Part shown: piece after piece, positions 36,731 through 46,413 of the stretch
Numbering within the stretch: position 1 is the first letter of the stretch
Layout: every line of letters begins with the position of its first letter
Assembly (NCBI GenBank): GCA_038231455.1
Contig: JBBRLI010000010.1
Location: forward strand, 1 to 64,000
Source: Vulcanimicrobiales bacterium
Lineage (GTDB): Bacteria; Vulcanimicrobiota; Vulcanimicrobiia; Vulcanimicrobiales; Vulcanimicrobiaceae
DNA: 64,000 bases
Direction of reading: 5' to 3'
Made by a program: the position numbers and the translations under genes
The notes under the pieces: generated by a model
Told to the model about the DNA's origin: nothing
Databases searched by the model: none
The model's input: the letters and a program-made list of their open reading frames with translations, nothing else

Positions 36731-39103
36731 TGCTGAGGTCGGTTGACCGCTCCGGTGGATCGGAAGTTCGACGATGAATTCCGTTCCGAATCCGGGTGCC
36801 GCTTGCATTTCGAAGCGTTCCGCGAACATGCGAATGAGAAAGAGACCGCGACCGTCTTCGGCCAACGCTTCGCTCGGAAGCGCGGTGACGAGTTCGGCAA
36901 GGCCCGGCCCCGAGTCGCGCAGGCGCAAGATGGGCCGGTCTGCCGTCCAGTCGATGCGCACTTCCACCAGGCCCGGCGCGTGTTCGACGGTATTTGCCAG
37001 CAGTTCGCCGAGGATCAATTCGGTATTGTAGAGATCGCACTCGTGCGCGGCGTGTTGACGTAAGAATCCCGTTAATTCGTGGCGCGCAGCGTATGCGCTT
37101 TGCGCGTGACTGGAATGGAAGCGCCACGTTTTGGAGAGTGACTGTTCACGCGTGTCCGCGTGCAAGCGTTTTGCACTGAATCGAAGCAAGAGCAGCGCAA
37201 CATCATCCGAGGGGTTCTTTTCGCAAAAGATGGACTTTAAGACGGCTTCGGCGCTTAGCGGTGCCGAATCGTTGGCGAGACTTTGGAGGGCGCAGAGGAG
37301 TTGCCGTTCGCCCGTATCGATATTGCGTTCGAATTCGATGGCGCCATCGGTGTAGAGAGCGACGAGCGCGCGAGGCGAGAGGGTGACCGAATGCGTTCCA
37401 ATCGTCAGCGTGCCGCCGGTCACAAATCCCGTTCCCAGCGGACCGTCGCTCGGCGCGGACAGAATTCGCGCGCCCTCGGGCATCACGACGATCGGTGCGG
37501 GATGCCCGGCACTTGCATACGTAATATCGCCGGTGAGCGGATCGAAGTAGGCGAGCAACGCCGTTGCGATCGTATCGCTTTGCGCGCGCAGCACACGATC
37601 GGCCATGACGAGGACGGCGCCGGGATCATCGTTTTCGATTGCCTGCGTGAAGATGGTTTGGCGTAAGCGACCTGCGACGATCGCCGCGTCCAGTCCGTGT
37701 CCCGCTACATCGCCAATTGAGATCAAGAGGCGGCCGTCAGGCATGAGAAATGCATCGTACCAATCGCCGCCGACGACGGCATCGCTTTCGGCCGGCCAGT
37801 ATGTCGCATCGAGCGTAAAATTTTCATGCACGGGAAGCGATTGCGGTAAGAATGCGTCTTGCATCATCGAGGCAATACGTTTGTCGCGATCGGCGTTGCG
37901 GCGTTGTACGTCGATGTCGGTGTTCGAACCGAACCAGCGGATCACGCGTCCGTCGCTATTCCGAAACGGTGCGATACGAGTGAGGAACCAGCGAAACTTA
38001 CCGTCCGCCCCGCGCAGGCGGAATTCCATCTCGAAAGCACTGCCGCGCGCGATTGACTCCGGCCACTCGCGCATGACTTCGGGCAGGTCCTCGGGGTGAT
38101 GGACAGACTGCCATCCCCAGCCGGCGGCTTCGTCGTGCGTCTGGCCCGTGTAGTCGTACCAGCGCTTATTATACCAATCGATCGATCCATCGGCGGTCGC
38201 CGTCCAGAGAATTTGCGGAACGGAATCGCCGAGCGCGCGAAACTCGATATCGTGGTCGGCCTTCGCCCGTTCGACTGCCGCTGAGCGCTCTAAACCCGCG
38301 GCGCGCCTCGCCGAGCGAATCGAGTCGCCCGCGACGGAGATCAACACCGCGAGGCCCGAAATCAACGAGAGGATGCGCCCGACGTAGGATCCCATCGAAA
38401 AGCGCACGAGCGACGAGGCGATGAGAAAGATTTCGCCGATTGCGGCAACGATCGCGATTGCTACCCATAATTCGAGGTCGCTGAGCTGGCGGAAATTGCG
38501 CAGGAGGCGGACAAGTGCGATTACATCGAGGCCGATTGCGATTGCGTAGATGGACCACAACACGCTCGTGAACGCGCCGTTCGGGAGTAGTAGCGCCGGG
38601 AGCATCGCCGTCGCGCCGAGCGCACAGGCGACCGCGATTAGCGAAACAGCAAAAGCGGCGCCGATCACGCGGTCGCTGCGTTGCTCGCGGCGTTCGGGGG
38701 TCCACGTGTAGGCGCAGATCAATGCAGCCCAGCCCAAATGCCAGAACGCCCACATCCACGGCGGCGTTTGGAATCCAAAGGTCGTACCGCTCGTCGCGGG
38801 CAGGGTAGCGACGTTCCCGAGAATTAGGGGCCAGGAGAGCGTGTACGCGCAGGCAAGGATCGTCGCGCGCCGGCTGCGGTGTTCGCGAGCCCGCGCGAAG
38901 AGCGTCGCGGCCGTGAGGAACTCCGTCGTGACCAAAATGGCGCCGTACGCGCCAAAAAACGTCGCGGAAGGTCCAAGCAAAATGTGACGCGTCGACCACG
39001 CCAGGATTGCCACGCCCACCATGAGCCCGACGATGATTGACGCTCGGAGTTGCTCGTTTACGGTCGCGGTGCGTTCGCCTGGCGACCAGGGCTCGTTTTG
39101 GAT
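36716..39103 (-). CDS. Membrane sensor (MASE4-like)-PAS-SpoIIE phosphatase-HATPase fusion (ATC start inferred; first ATG at 39022)
   Basis: Multi-TM N-terminus; PAS (WQSVHHPED, DGKFRWF); VGGDWYD/GDVAGHG/YTDG/DD; GELLANTVEHA, GRGL. Confidence 0.85.
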   Translation of the reverse strand: MQNEPWSPGERTATVNEQLRASIIVGLMVGVAILAWSTRHILLGPSATFFGAYGAILVTTEFLTAATLFARAREHRSRRATILACAYTLSWPLILGNVATLPATSGTTFGFQTPPWMWAFWHLGWAALICAYTWTPERREQRSDRVIGAAFAVSLIAVACALGATAMLPALLLPNGAFTSVLWSIYAIAIGLDVIALVRLLRNFRQLSDLELWVAIAIVAAIGEIFLIASSLVRFSMGSYVGRILSLISGLAVLISVAGDSIRSARRAAGLERSAAVERAKADHDIEFRALGDSVPQILWTATADGSIDWYNKRWYDYTGQTHDEAAGWGWQSVHHPEDLPEVMREWPESIARGSAFEMEFRLRGADGKFRWFLTRIAPFRNSDGRVIRWFGSNTDIDVQRRNADRDKRIASMMQDAFLPQSLPVHENFTLDATYWPAESDAVVGGDWYDAFLMPDGRLLISIGDVAGHGLDAAIVAGRLRQTIFTQAIENDDPGAVLVMADRVLRAQSDTIATALLAYFDPLTGDITYASAGHPAPIVVMPEGARILSAPSDGPLGTGFVTGGTLTIGTHSVTLSPRALVALYTDGAIEFERNIDTGERQLLCALQSLANDSAPLSAEAVLKSIFCEKNPSDDVALLLLRFSAKRLHADTREQSLSKTWRFHSSHAQSAYAARHELTGFLRQHAAHECDLYNTELILGELLANTVEHAPGLVEVRIDWTADRPILRLRDSGPGLAELVTALPSEALAEDGRGLFLIRMFAERFEMQAAPGFGTEFIVELPIHRSGQPTSASRLV

Positions 39104-39750
39104 TGTTTCGGCCTCCCGCTCGCGGGTTTTTTAGGCCGTACCCTTGCTAGGTTGCAAAGAAACGTGCCCGACGAGACTGTTCAGCCGAAGGTCAATCCTC
39201 TATGCCTTCGTGTCTAAGCGAAGGCCGATACCCGCACCATGCTCGACTGGAGCAACCGGCGACGGGGCCGGGATTACGGCATCAATAGGGGTCTGGTACG
39301 CGACGAAACTCGCCGGTGTGTTCGGGCTTCAAGTTCCAAGACTGATGATCGTCATAGGGCGATTATCGTCGGCGTACGGGGCCTCGTCCGTAAGCGTGCG
39401 TACACTCCGGGATACCAACTGCGCCGAAGCTTACATCGGACGCTTGTGATCGATGCACGAAGGCGCGCTTTTAATCATTGGTTCTTCCGATGGGTTAATG
39501 ACCGCATTGCAGGCAGCGTTGAGTATCCCGTAACCGGGAATCGAATTGATCGGTTCCGGATTGCGTTCGACCGCCTTGATACTCGTTAAAACGTTCGCAC
39601 GTACGGGCGCTGATAACGCAAAAATCAGAAAAAAGACGTTTACTCTGGTAAATAGTCGCACATCGAGCATCGTTCAATCCGCAGGGACGGGAAGTCTTCG
39701 TCAAACGTGATATTCGTCGCAGCGCTCGAGGTCGGCACTCCGCGCGCAGA

Positions 39751-41292
39751 TTATGCTGCGCTCGATCGGGCGCCGCGCTCGATCATCCGGTAGAGTAATG
39801 CTTCTGCGACATGCTCGCGGGTGATGCGTTCGGCCGCCGCAAGATCGGCGATCGTACGTGCGACGCGGGCGATACGATCGAATGCTCGGGCGGAGAGTGC
39901 ACCGCGTGCCATCGCGATGCGGATGAGGTCCATCGCTGCGGGTTCGAGCGAGCAAAGCGCGCGCACGTCGGCGCCTTTGATTTGGGCGTTGCAGGCGATG
40001 CCCGATTCGGCGAGGCGCGCGCTTTGGCGATCGCGCGCGGCATCGACCCGAATCCGAATGGCCTGCGATGATTCCGCCGGCTCGGCGTCGACCATCTCTT
40101 CGAACGAGATGCGCGAAACGGTGACGTGCAGATCGATTCGATCAAGCAGCGGTCCGGAAAGCTTTGCGACGTACTTATCGACCAGCGCATCATCGCAGCG
40201 GCAGTCGTTCGTGCGCGTTCCGCGATAGCCGCACGGACACGGATTCATCGAAGCGACCAGCGTGAATCGCGCCGGATACGTAAACGTTCCCGCGGCTCGA
40301 GCGAGCGTCACCGTCCCCTCTTCGAGCGGCTGGCGCATCACCTCGATTGCGCTACGGCTGAATTCCGGGAGTTCATCGAGGAAGAGTACGCCGTGCTGCG
40401 CGAGCGAAATCTCGCCAGGCTTCGGGATCGTTCCGCCGCCGACGAGCGCCGTCTGCGAAATCGTGTGGTGCGGCGAACGAAACGGTCGGGTCGCGACGAT
40501 CTGCGGTGTTGCTCCGAGCAGTCCGGCGACCGAGTAAATCTTCGTCACGTCGAGCGACTCGGCTTGGCTCATGGCAGGCAGAATTGAGGGGAGCCGTCGA
40601 GCGAGCATCGTCTTGCCGCAGCCCGGCGGTCCGACAAGCAACACGTTATGCCCGCCGGCGGCGGCGATCTCGAGCGCGCGTTTCGCGAGCACCTGGCCCC
40701 GTACGTCCGCAAAGTCGCCGTCGTCGGTACTCGGTGTCCGATCGAGCACGGGCGGAGTCGTCCGGCGACGCCACTTTGCGCCGTGTCCGAGCACAACGGC
40801 TATTGCATCAGAGAGCGTCGCGACAGCGTAGACCTCGAGCCCGTCGAGCAAGGTCGCCTCGGCCAGATTCGCGACTGGTAAGATCACTTTCGTGAAGCCG
40901 TCCGCGCGCGCGGCGATGAGCATCGGCAACATTCCGGCAACGGCCCGAAGCGATCCATCGAGCGCGAGTTCGCCCATCGTCACAAAGTTGGCGAGCGACG
41001 CCCCACCAAGCTGATCGTCGGTCGCGAGAAGCGCGAGGGCGATTGGCAGATCGTAACCCGGGCCGGCTTTGCGAATATCTGCGGGGGCTAAGTTTACCAG
41101 CAATCTGCCAGGTGGATACCCAAAGCCGGAATTGACGATGGCTGCGCGTACACGATCGCGCGCCTCATTTAAAGCACGATCGGGGAGCCCGATGATCGAG
41201 AAGGTCGGTACGCCGGGCGAACTATCGGCCTCGACGCGCACGATATGCCCGTCGACGCCGCGCATCGCGCACGTAAAAGCAGCAGAGAGCAT
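39751..41292 (-). CDS. comM: YifB/ComM family Mg-chelatase-like AAA+ helicase
   Basis: NLAPADIRK.G, GPPGCGKT, PFRSPHH, LDELPEF, MNPCPCG, LLDRID. Confidence 0.93.
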   Translation of the reverse strand: MLSAAFTCAMRGVDGHIVRVEADSSPGVPTFSIIGLPDRALNEARDRVRAAIVNSGFGYPPGRLLVNLAPADIRKAGPGYDLPIALALLATDDQLGGASLANFVTMGELALDGSLRAVAGMLPMLIAARADGFTKVILPVANLAEATLLDGLEVYAVATLSDAIAVVLGHGAKWRRRTTPPVLDRTPSTDDGDFADVRGQVLAKRALEIAAAGGHNVLLVGPPGCGKTMLARRLPSILPAMSQAESLDVTKIYSVAGLLGATPQIVATRPFRSPHHTISQTALVGGGTIPKPGEISLAQHGVLFLDELPEFSRSAIEVMRQPLEEGTVTLARAAGTFTYPARFTLVASMNPCPCGYRGTRTNDCRCDDALVDKYVAKLSGPLLDRIDLHVTVSRISFEEMVDAEPAESSQAIRIRVDAARDRQSARLAESGIACNAQIKGADVRALCSLEPAAMDLIRIAMARGALSARAFDRIARVARTIADLAAAERITREHVAEALLYRMIERGARSSAA

Positions 41293-41637
41293 GCGGCTCC
41301 ATCACACGCACCGCTCGCGCCGCTAGGGTACTCGTATATTTTAAGGCTGGTCAACGTCGTGAGATCCTTAAACGGGGCACAAGAAGATCTTTCGCTAGAG
41401 ACGCTAGCTACCAATTTGACTCTGCGGCTTACGGTGGCGCCCGCCAAGCGAACCATTTGCTCGAGCCGAGGCCTTTTTCGCCTATTCGCGTGTCTTCGCA
41501 TGATTTGCAATCACGCATCGATCGACGCCCCCTCGTGCCCCGTATTGCGCGAAGGCATCGATTTCCGGCCTCCGGAACGCTGGAATCCATGATTCCTTTC
41601 AGTTTCCACACCGTGCACAGGTGTGCGGGCCGCCACT

Positions 41638-42858
41638 GTGGATAACGGCTCGCACGAGCGCCCCGAAGCGCACGTTGACACCGCGGCCGTTCACGCCGGG
41701 TCCTTCCCACAACCAGAAAATCGTCCGTCCAGCCCGGCGCTCTATCAGGCCTCATCGTACGAGTTTGCAGACCTCGAGGAAATGGAAGCGATCTATGGTG
41801 GAAGCCGCCAGGGATCGATTTATGGGCGATACGGGGGCCCAAACGCGCTCCATTTCGAGTCCGCCATGGCCCAATTGGAGTTTTCTGAGGATGCGGTCGG
41901 CGCCGCGAGCGGCATGGCCGCGATCGACGCGGCGCTTGCTCTCGTGCTTCGGGCAGGTGATCGCGTGATCTGCACTACGGAACTGTACGGTGGCACGTAT
42001 TCACTTCTTGAGAATGATTACCAAGAACGAGGCGTGATCGTCGATTTCGTCGATCAAACGGACCTCGCGGCCGTGGAAGCCGCGTTCGAATGCGGCAAAG
42101 CAAAGGCCCTCTATGTAGAGTCCTTAACAAACCCCCTCATGCACGTAGCCGACATCCCGCGTCTGGCCACGATTGCACACCGGCATGGGGCGATCTTGAT
42201 CGTTGATGCGACGTTCGCGTCGCCAGCCCTTGCACAGCCCGTTCGTTGGGGAGCGGATATCGTGCTCCATAGCGTTGGAAAATATTTGGGCGGACATGGC
42301 GACGTGGGCGCGGGCGTGCTCTCGGGTCGCCGCGACCTCATCGAGCGCGCCCGGGCCTATCTCGTGCGCACGGGGGCTACGCTCCCGCACTTCGAGGCGT
42401 GGCTCGCGCTGCGCGGCGTGCGGACCCTCGCGCTGCGGATGACCCGCCACGCGGAGAACGCGCGTGCGGTCGCGGCGGCCCTTGCGCGCATGCCCGGGAT
42501 CGTACGCGTGCATCACCCGTCGCTTCCCGGCCATCCGCAACACGCGCTAGCGCGCGAACTCTATCCACAGGGGACCGGCGGCATCGTCGCATTCGACATC
42601 GTCGGCGGGCGGCCCGAGGTCGCTCAGTTCGTCAAAGGACTCGAGAGGATCGCGATCGTTCACAGCCTCGGCGAAATCGCATCGACGATTTCCTATAGCG
42701 TCGCAAGCTCGCATCGCCCCGTTCCGAAAATAACGCGCGACAAGCTCGGTGTGACCGATGCGACGCTCCGTCTTTCGTGCGGCATCGAACACGCAGACGA
42801 CATCATCGCCGACCTCGCGCGCGCGTGCGCAGGGGTAACCGTACGCGTTCCCGCATAG
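41638..42858 (+). CDS. PLP-dependent trans-sulfuration enzyme (Cys/Met metabolism family)
   Basis: YGRYGGPN, SGMAAI, ESLTNP, VDATF, HSVGKYLGGHGD, RLSCGIE. Confidence 0.9.
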   Translation: MDNGSHERPEAHVDTAAVHAGSFPQPENRPSSPALYQASSYEFADLEEMEAIYGGSRQGSIYGRYGGPNALHFESAMAQLEFSEDAVGAASGMAAIDAALALVLRAGDRVICTTELYGGTYSLLENDYQERGVIVDFVDQTDLAAVEAAFECGKAKALYVESLTNPLMHVADIPRLATIAHRHGAILIVDATFASPALAQPVRWGADIVLHSVGKYLGGHGDVGAGVLSGRRDLIERARAYLVRTGATLPHFEAWLALRGVRTLALRMTRHAENARAVAAALARMPGIVRVHHPSLPGHPQHALARELYPQGTGGIVAFDIVGGRPEVAQFVKGLERIAIVHSLGEIASTISYSVASSHRPVPKITRDKLGVTDATLRLSCGIEHADDIIADLARACAGVTVRVPA

Positions 42859-42878
42859 CTCGCGGCTGGAGGATTTCT

Positions 42879-43871
42879 ATGGTTCAACGTATTCTCACGT
42901 GCGCGGTTGCCGTCGCACTCGGCGTAACGTTCGCTGGTTGTTCGGTGAAGACCGAGACGAAGACCACGATCACATCAGCGGACGGCACAAAAACGACGAC
43001 GAGCGCTTCGTCGGCTGCTCCCGGAAGTGGTTCGAAAGTCATCGGTTTCTCGGTACAGAATCGTGAAGCGCAGTTCTATCAGCAGCTCGAAGCGGGCATG
43101 AAAACCGAAGCCGAAAAAGCGGGCTACACCGTCACGGTCGTCGACGCGAGCCGCGATAACTCCAAACAGCAAAGTCAGATCGAAGACTTTATCTCGCAAA
43201 AAGTCGCCGCGATCGTCATCACGCCGTACGATTCCAAGGCCATCGGCAGTGCGATCGCCGAAGCGAATAAGGCCGGCATTCCGGTCTTTACGGCGGATAT
43301 CGCGAATGCATCGAGCAATGGCACGGTCATCTCGCACATCGCAAGCGACAACGTTCAAGGCGGCGCGCAGGCCGCGAAACTCATGTGTGCGGCGCTCGGC
43401 GGAAAAGCCGGCGCAGTTGCAATTCTCGACGAGCCCGAAGTCTCGAGCGTCCAGGATCGCGTGAGCGGCTTCAAAGCGGAACTCGCAAAGAGTTGCCCGG
43501 GTGCAAAAATCGTCGCCGATATCGACGGTGGTGGCGAGCGAGCCAAAGCCAGCAGCGCGACCGACGACATCCTGCAGTCGCATAAAGATCTCAAAGGCGT
43601 CTTCGGGATCAACGACGACTCGGCGCTCGGTGCCGCAAAGTCGATCCAAGCCGCCGGCATGGCGGGTAAAGTGCTGGTCGTCGGATACGATGCAACGCCC
43701 GAAGCGCAAACCGCAATCAAAGCCGGTACGATGTACGGCGATGCGATCCAACACCCGGATCAAATCGGTGTGAAGACGATCGATGCGATCACCGGTTATT
43801 TCGCGGGCAAGAAACCCGCCGCGAAGATTGCGGTCCCCGTCGGAACGTTCACCAAGGCCGACGCGAAATAG
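42879..43871 (+). CDS. Sugar ABC transporter substrate-binding lipoprotein (RbsB-like)
   Basis: FAGC lipobox; AGIPVF, IASDN, DRVSGF, INDDSALGA, VGYD. Confidence 0.88.
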   Translation: MVQRILTCAVAVALGVTFAGCSVKTETKTTITSADGTKTTTSASSAAPGSGSKVIGFSVQNREAQFYQQLEAGMKTEAEKAGYTVTVVDASRDNSKQQSQIEDFISQKVAAIVITPYDSKAIGSAIAEANKAGIPVFTADIANASSNGTVISHIASDNVQGGAQAAKLMCAALGGKAGAVAILDEPEVSSVQDRVSGFKAELAKSCPGAKIVADIDGGGERAKASSATDDILQSHKDLKGVFGINDDSALGAAKSIQAAGMAGKVLVVGYDATPEAQTAIKAGTMYGDAIQHPDQIGVKTIDAITGYFAGKKPAAKIAVPVGTFTKADAK

Positions 43872-45361
43872 ACCCGCTACTCGCGATGCGCGGCATCGAG
43901 AAGTCATTCCCGGGCGTCAAGGCGCTCTCGGGCGTGACGCTCGATGTCAACGCGGGCGAGCTGCTGGCACTCGTCGGCGAAAACGGCGCGGGTAAATCGA
44001 CGCTGATGAAGATTCTCTCCGGCGCACAACCCGCTGACGCCGGAGAGATCGTTGTCGACGGCGTGGTCGCGAAGATCGCGGGTCCAAAAGACGCCGAGCA
44101 CCTTGGTATCGGCATGATTTATCAGGAATTCAACCTCGTCCCGGATCTGGGCGTGATCGAAAATATTATGCTCGGCATCGAGCCGGTCCGCGGCCTCTTT
44201 CTCGATCCGAAGGGCGCGACGCACGCGGCGAGCACGGTGCTCGCAGAGCTCGGCATCGAGTTGCCGCTCGACGTTCCCGTGCGCCGCCTCTCGGTCGCAC
44301 AGCAGCAGATGGTCGAGATTTGCAAGTGCCTCGTGAAGAAAGCGCGGCTCATCGTGATGGACGAGCCGACGGCGGCACTCACCGACCGCGAGATCGACCG
44401 GCTCTTCGAATTGATCCTGCGTCTCAAGAAGAGCGGCGTTGCGATTATCTACATCTCCCACCGGCTCGAAGAATTACCGCGAATCGCTGACCGTGTCACG
44501 GTGCTGCGAGACGGCAAAGCGATCGAGACGCGGGCGCTCGCCGATCTGCCGCAAGACGAAATGATTCGGCTCATGGTCGGACGCGCGCTCGACGCGCATT
44601 TCCCCGAACTGCCGCCGGTCCGAGCGGACGCACCCGTGATGCTTCAAGTCGCGGGGCTCCGTCGCGGGAATCGCGTGAATGGCGTCGATTTTTCGGTGCG
44701 CGCGGGTGAAATTATCGCGCTTGCCGGCCTCGTTGGCGCCGGCCGAACCGAAATCGTGCGCGCGATTGCGGGTGCCGATGTGCCCGATGCGGGGACGGTT
44801 ACGGTCGAGGGTAAGGTCGTGCGGATTACGAGCCCGCGGGTCGGGATCGCAGCCAAAATCGCGCTCATCACGGAGGATCGCAAGAATCAAGGCCTAGTCC
44901 TCGGGATGAGCGTGCGCGCGAATACGACGCTTGCCCACCTCGAACAATTCACCACGCGTGGCTTCATCGACAAACACAAAGAAGATACGGCCGCGAATCA
45001 GTCGATTGCCGAACTGCGAATCCGCACCCCAAGCGACGAACAACTCGTGCGCAATCTCTCCGGCGGTAACCAGCAGAAGGTCGTTTTGGCCAAGTGGCTC
45101 GTCGGAGACGCGCGCATTTTTCTCTTCGACGAACCCACGCGCGGCATCGACATCGGCGCGAAAGCGGAAATCTATACGTTGATGGTCGATCTTGCACGCA
45201 AGGGAGCGGCAATCGTGATGGTTTCAAGCGAACTACCGGAAGTCTTAGGTATGGCGCACCGGATTCTCGTCATCCGCGATGGTTTGATCCGCGCCGAATT
45301 TTCGCACGCCGATGCGACGCAAGAGAAGATCATCGCCGTTGCAGCCGGAGCAGCAGCGTAA
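43868..45361 (+). CDS. Sugar ABC transporter ATPase (RbsA-like; ATA start inferred, first ATG at 43886)
   Basis: GENGAGKST, MDEPT, LSGGNQQKV, DEPTRGID. Confidence 0.92.
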   Translation: MDPLLAMRGIEKSFPGVKALSGVTLDVNAGELLALVGENGAGKSTLMKILSGAQPADAGEIVVDGVVAKIAGPKDAEHLGIGMIYQEFNLVPDLGVIENIMLGIEPVRGLFLDPKGATHAASTVLAELGIELPLDVPVRRLSVAQQQMVEICKCLVKKARLIVMDEPTAALTDREIDRLFELILRLKKSGVAIIYISHRLEELPRIADRVTVLRDGKAIETRALADLPQDEMIRLMVGRALDAHFPELPPVRADAPVMLQVAGLRRGNRVNGVDFSVRAGEIIALAGLVGAGRTEIVRAIAGADVPDAGTVTVEGKVVRITSPRVGIAAKIALITEDRKNQGLVLGMSVRANTTLAHLEQFTTRGFIDKHKEDTAANQSIAELRIRTPSDEQLVRNLSGGNQQKVVLAKWLVGDARIFLFDEPTRGIDIGAKAEIYTLMVDLARKGAAIVMVSSELPEVLGMAHRILVIRDGLIRAEFSHADATQEKIIAVAAGAAA

Positions 45362-46413
45362 TGGCGGAAGTTCAAGCCGAGGTCAAAGCGAATCTCGAAA
45401 ATCGCGCCGGAGACGCGCGCGCGAAAGCGCGCCGGACGTACTGGACGCGCTTCGGCATTTTTGCTGCCGTGCTCGCAGCGATCGTCATCGTCGTCAATAT
45501 TTTCACGCACGGCAACTTCCTCACGGCCGGTAACCTCACCAATGTCTTACGGCAGATCACCTACAACGCGATTTTGGCGATCGGGCAAACCTTCGTCATC
45601 ATCACGGGTGGTATCGATCTCTCGGTCGGTTCACTGATCGAACTCTCGGGCGTCGTCATGGCGCTCTTCGCGAACGCCACCGGACTCGATGGCGTCGTTC
45701 TCGTTCTCGCGACGTTGCTCGTCGGCGTGCTCGTCGGCGGTTTTGCGGGCTTCGTCAATGCCGTTCCCGTCGTGCGCTTGAATCTGCCGCCGTTCATCAC
45801 GACCCTTGCGATGATGCTCATGGCACGTGGTCTCGCCTTCAAACTCAGTCACGGTCAGCCGATCGCGCTCAATTCGCACGCGTTCGATTCGATCGGCACG
45901 GGCTATATCTTGAGCGGCGTTCTCGCGCCGCTGCATCTTCCCGGCATCCCGATTGCGGTACTCTGGATGCTCGCACTCGTTACGATCTTTGCCGTGCTGC
46001 TCACGCGCACGCGTTTCGGCCGCTACGTGTACGCGCTCGGCGGGAATGAAGAAGCCGCGCGCCTCGCCGGCATCGACGTCGCGCGTGCGAAAACAATCGT
46101 CTACATGATCTCGGGTGCCTGCGCGGCCGTCGCGGGCATGCTGCTCATGGCTCGCTTCTCATCGGGCTCCCCGAATACCGGGATCGGCAACGAGCTGCAA
46201 TCGATCGCTGCGGTCGTCGTCGGTGGGACGAGCCTGACCGGTGGTCGCGGCAGTGTCGTCGGCACGTTTGCCGGCGCGCTGCTGATCGGCGTGCTGAACA
46301 ACGTGATGAACTTGCTCAACATCGAATCGTACACGCAAGAGATCGTGCTCGGTGCCGTCATCTTGCTTGCGGTGATCGTCGACCAGCTGCGCCGGAAGTA
46401 CGTTGCGGCTTAG
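45361..46413 (+). CDS. Sugar ABC transporter permease (RbsC-like)
   Basis: GGIDLSVGS, TRFGRYVYALGGNEEAARLAG, IAAVVVGGTSL.GG.G. Confidence 0.92.
   Translation: MAEVQAEVKANLENRAGDARAKARRTYWTRFGIFAAVLAAIVIVVNIFTHGNFLTAGNLTNVLRQITYNAILAIGQTFVIITGGIDLSVGSLIELSGVVMALFANATGLDGVVLVLATLLVGVLVGGFAGFVNAVPVVRLNLPPFITTLAMMLMARGLAFKLSHGQPIALNSHAFDSIGTGYILSGVLAPLHLPGIPIAVLWMLALVTIFAVLLTRTRFGRYVYALGGNEEAARLAGIDVARAKTIVYMISGACAAVAGMLLMARFSSGSPNTGIGNELQSIAAVVVGGTSLTGGRGSVVGTFAGALLIGVLNNVMNLLNIESYTQEIVLGAVILLAVIVDQLRRKYVAA

Noticed and set aside
41293-41637. SAM riboswitch or T-box ahead of the trans-sulfuration gene
   Set aside because: No recognisable core motifs; an Rfam scan would be decisive
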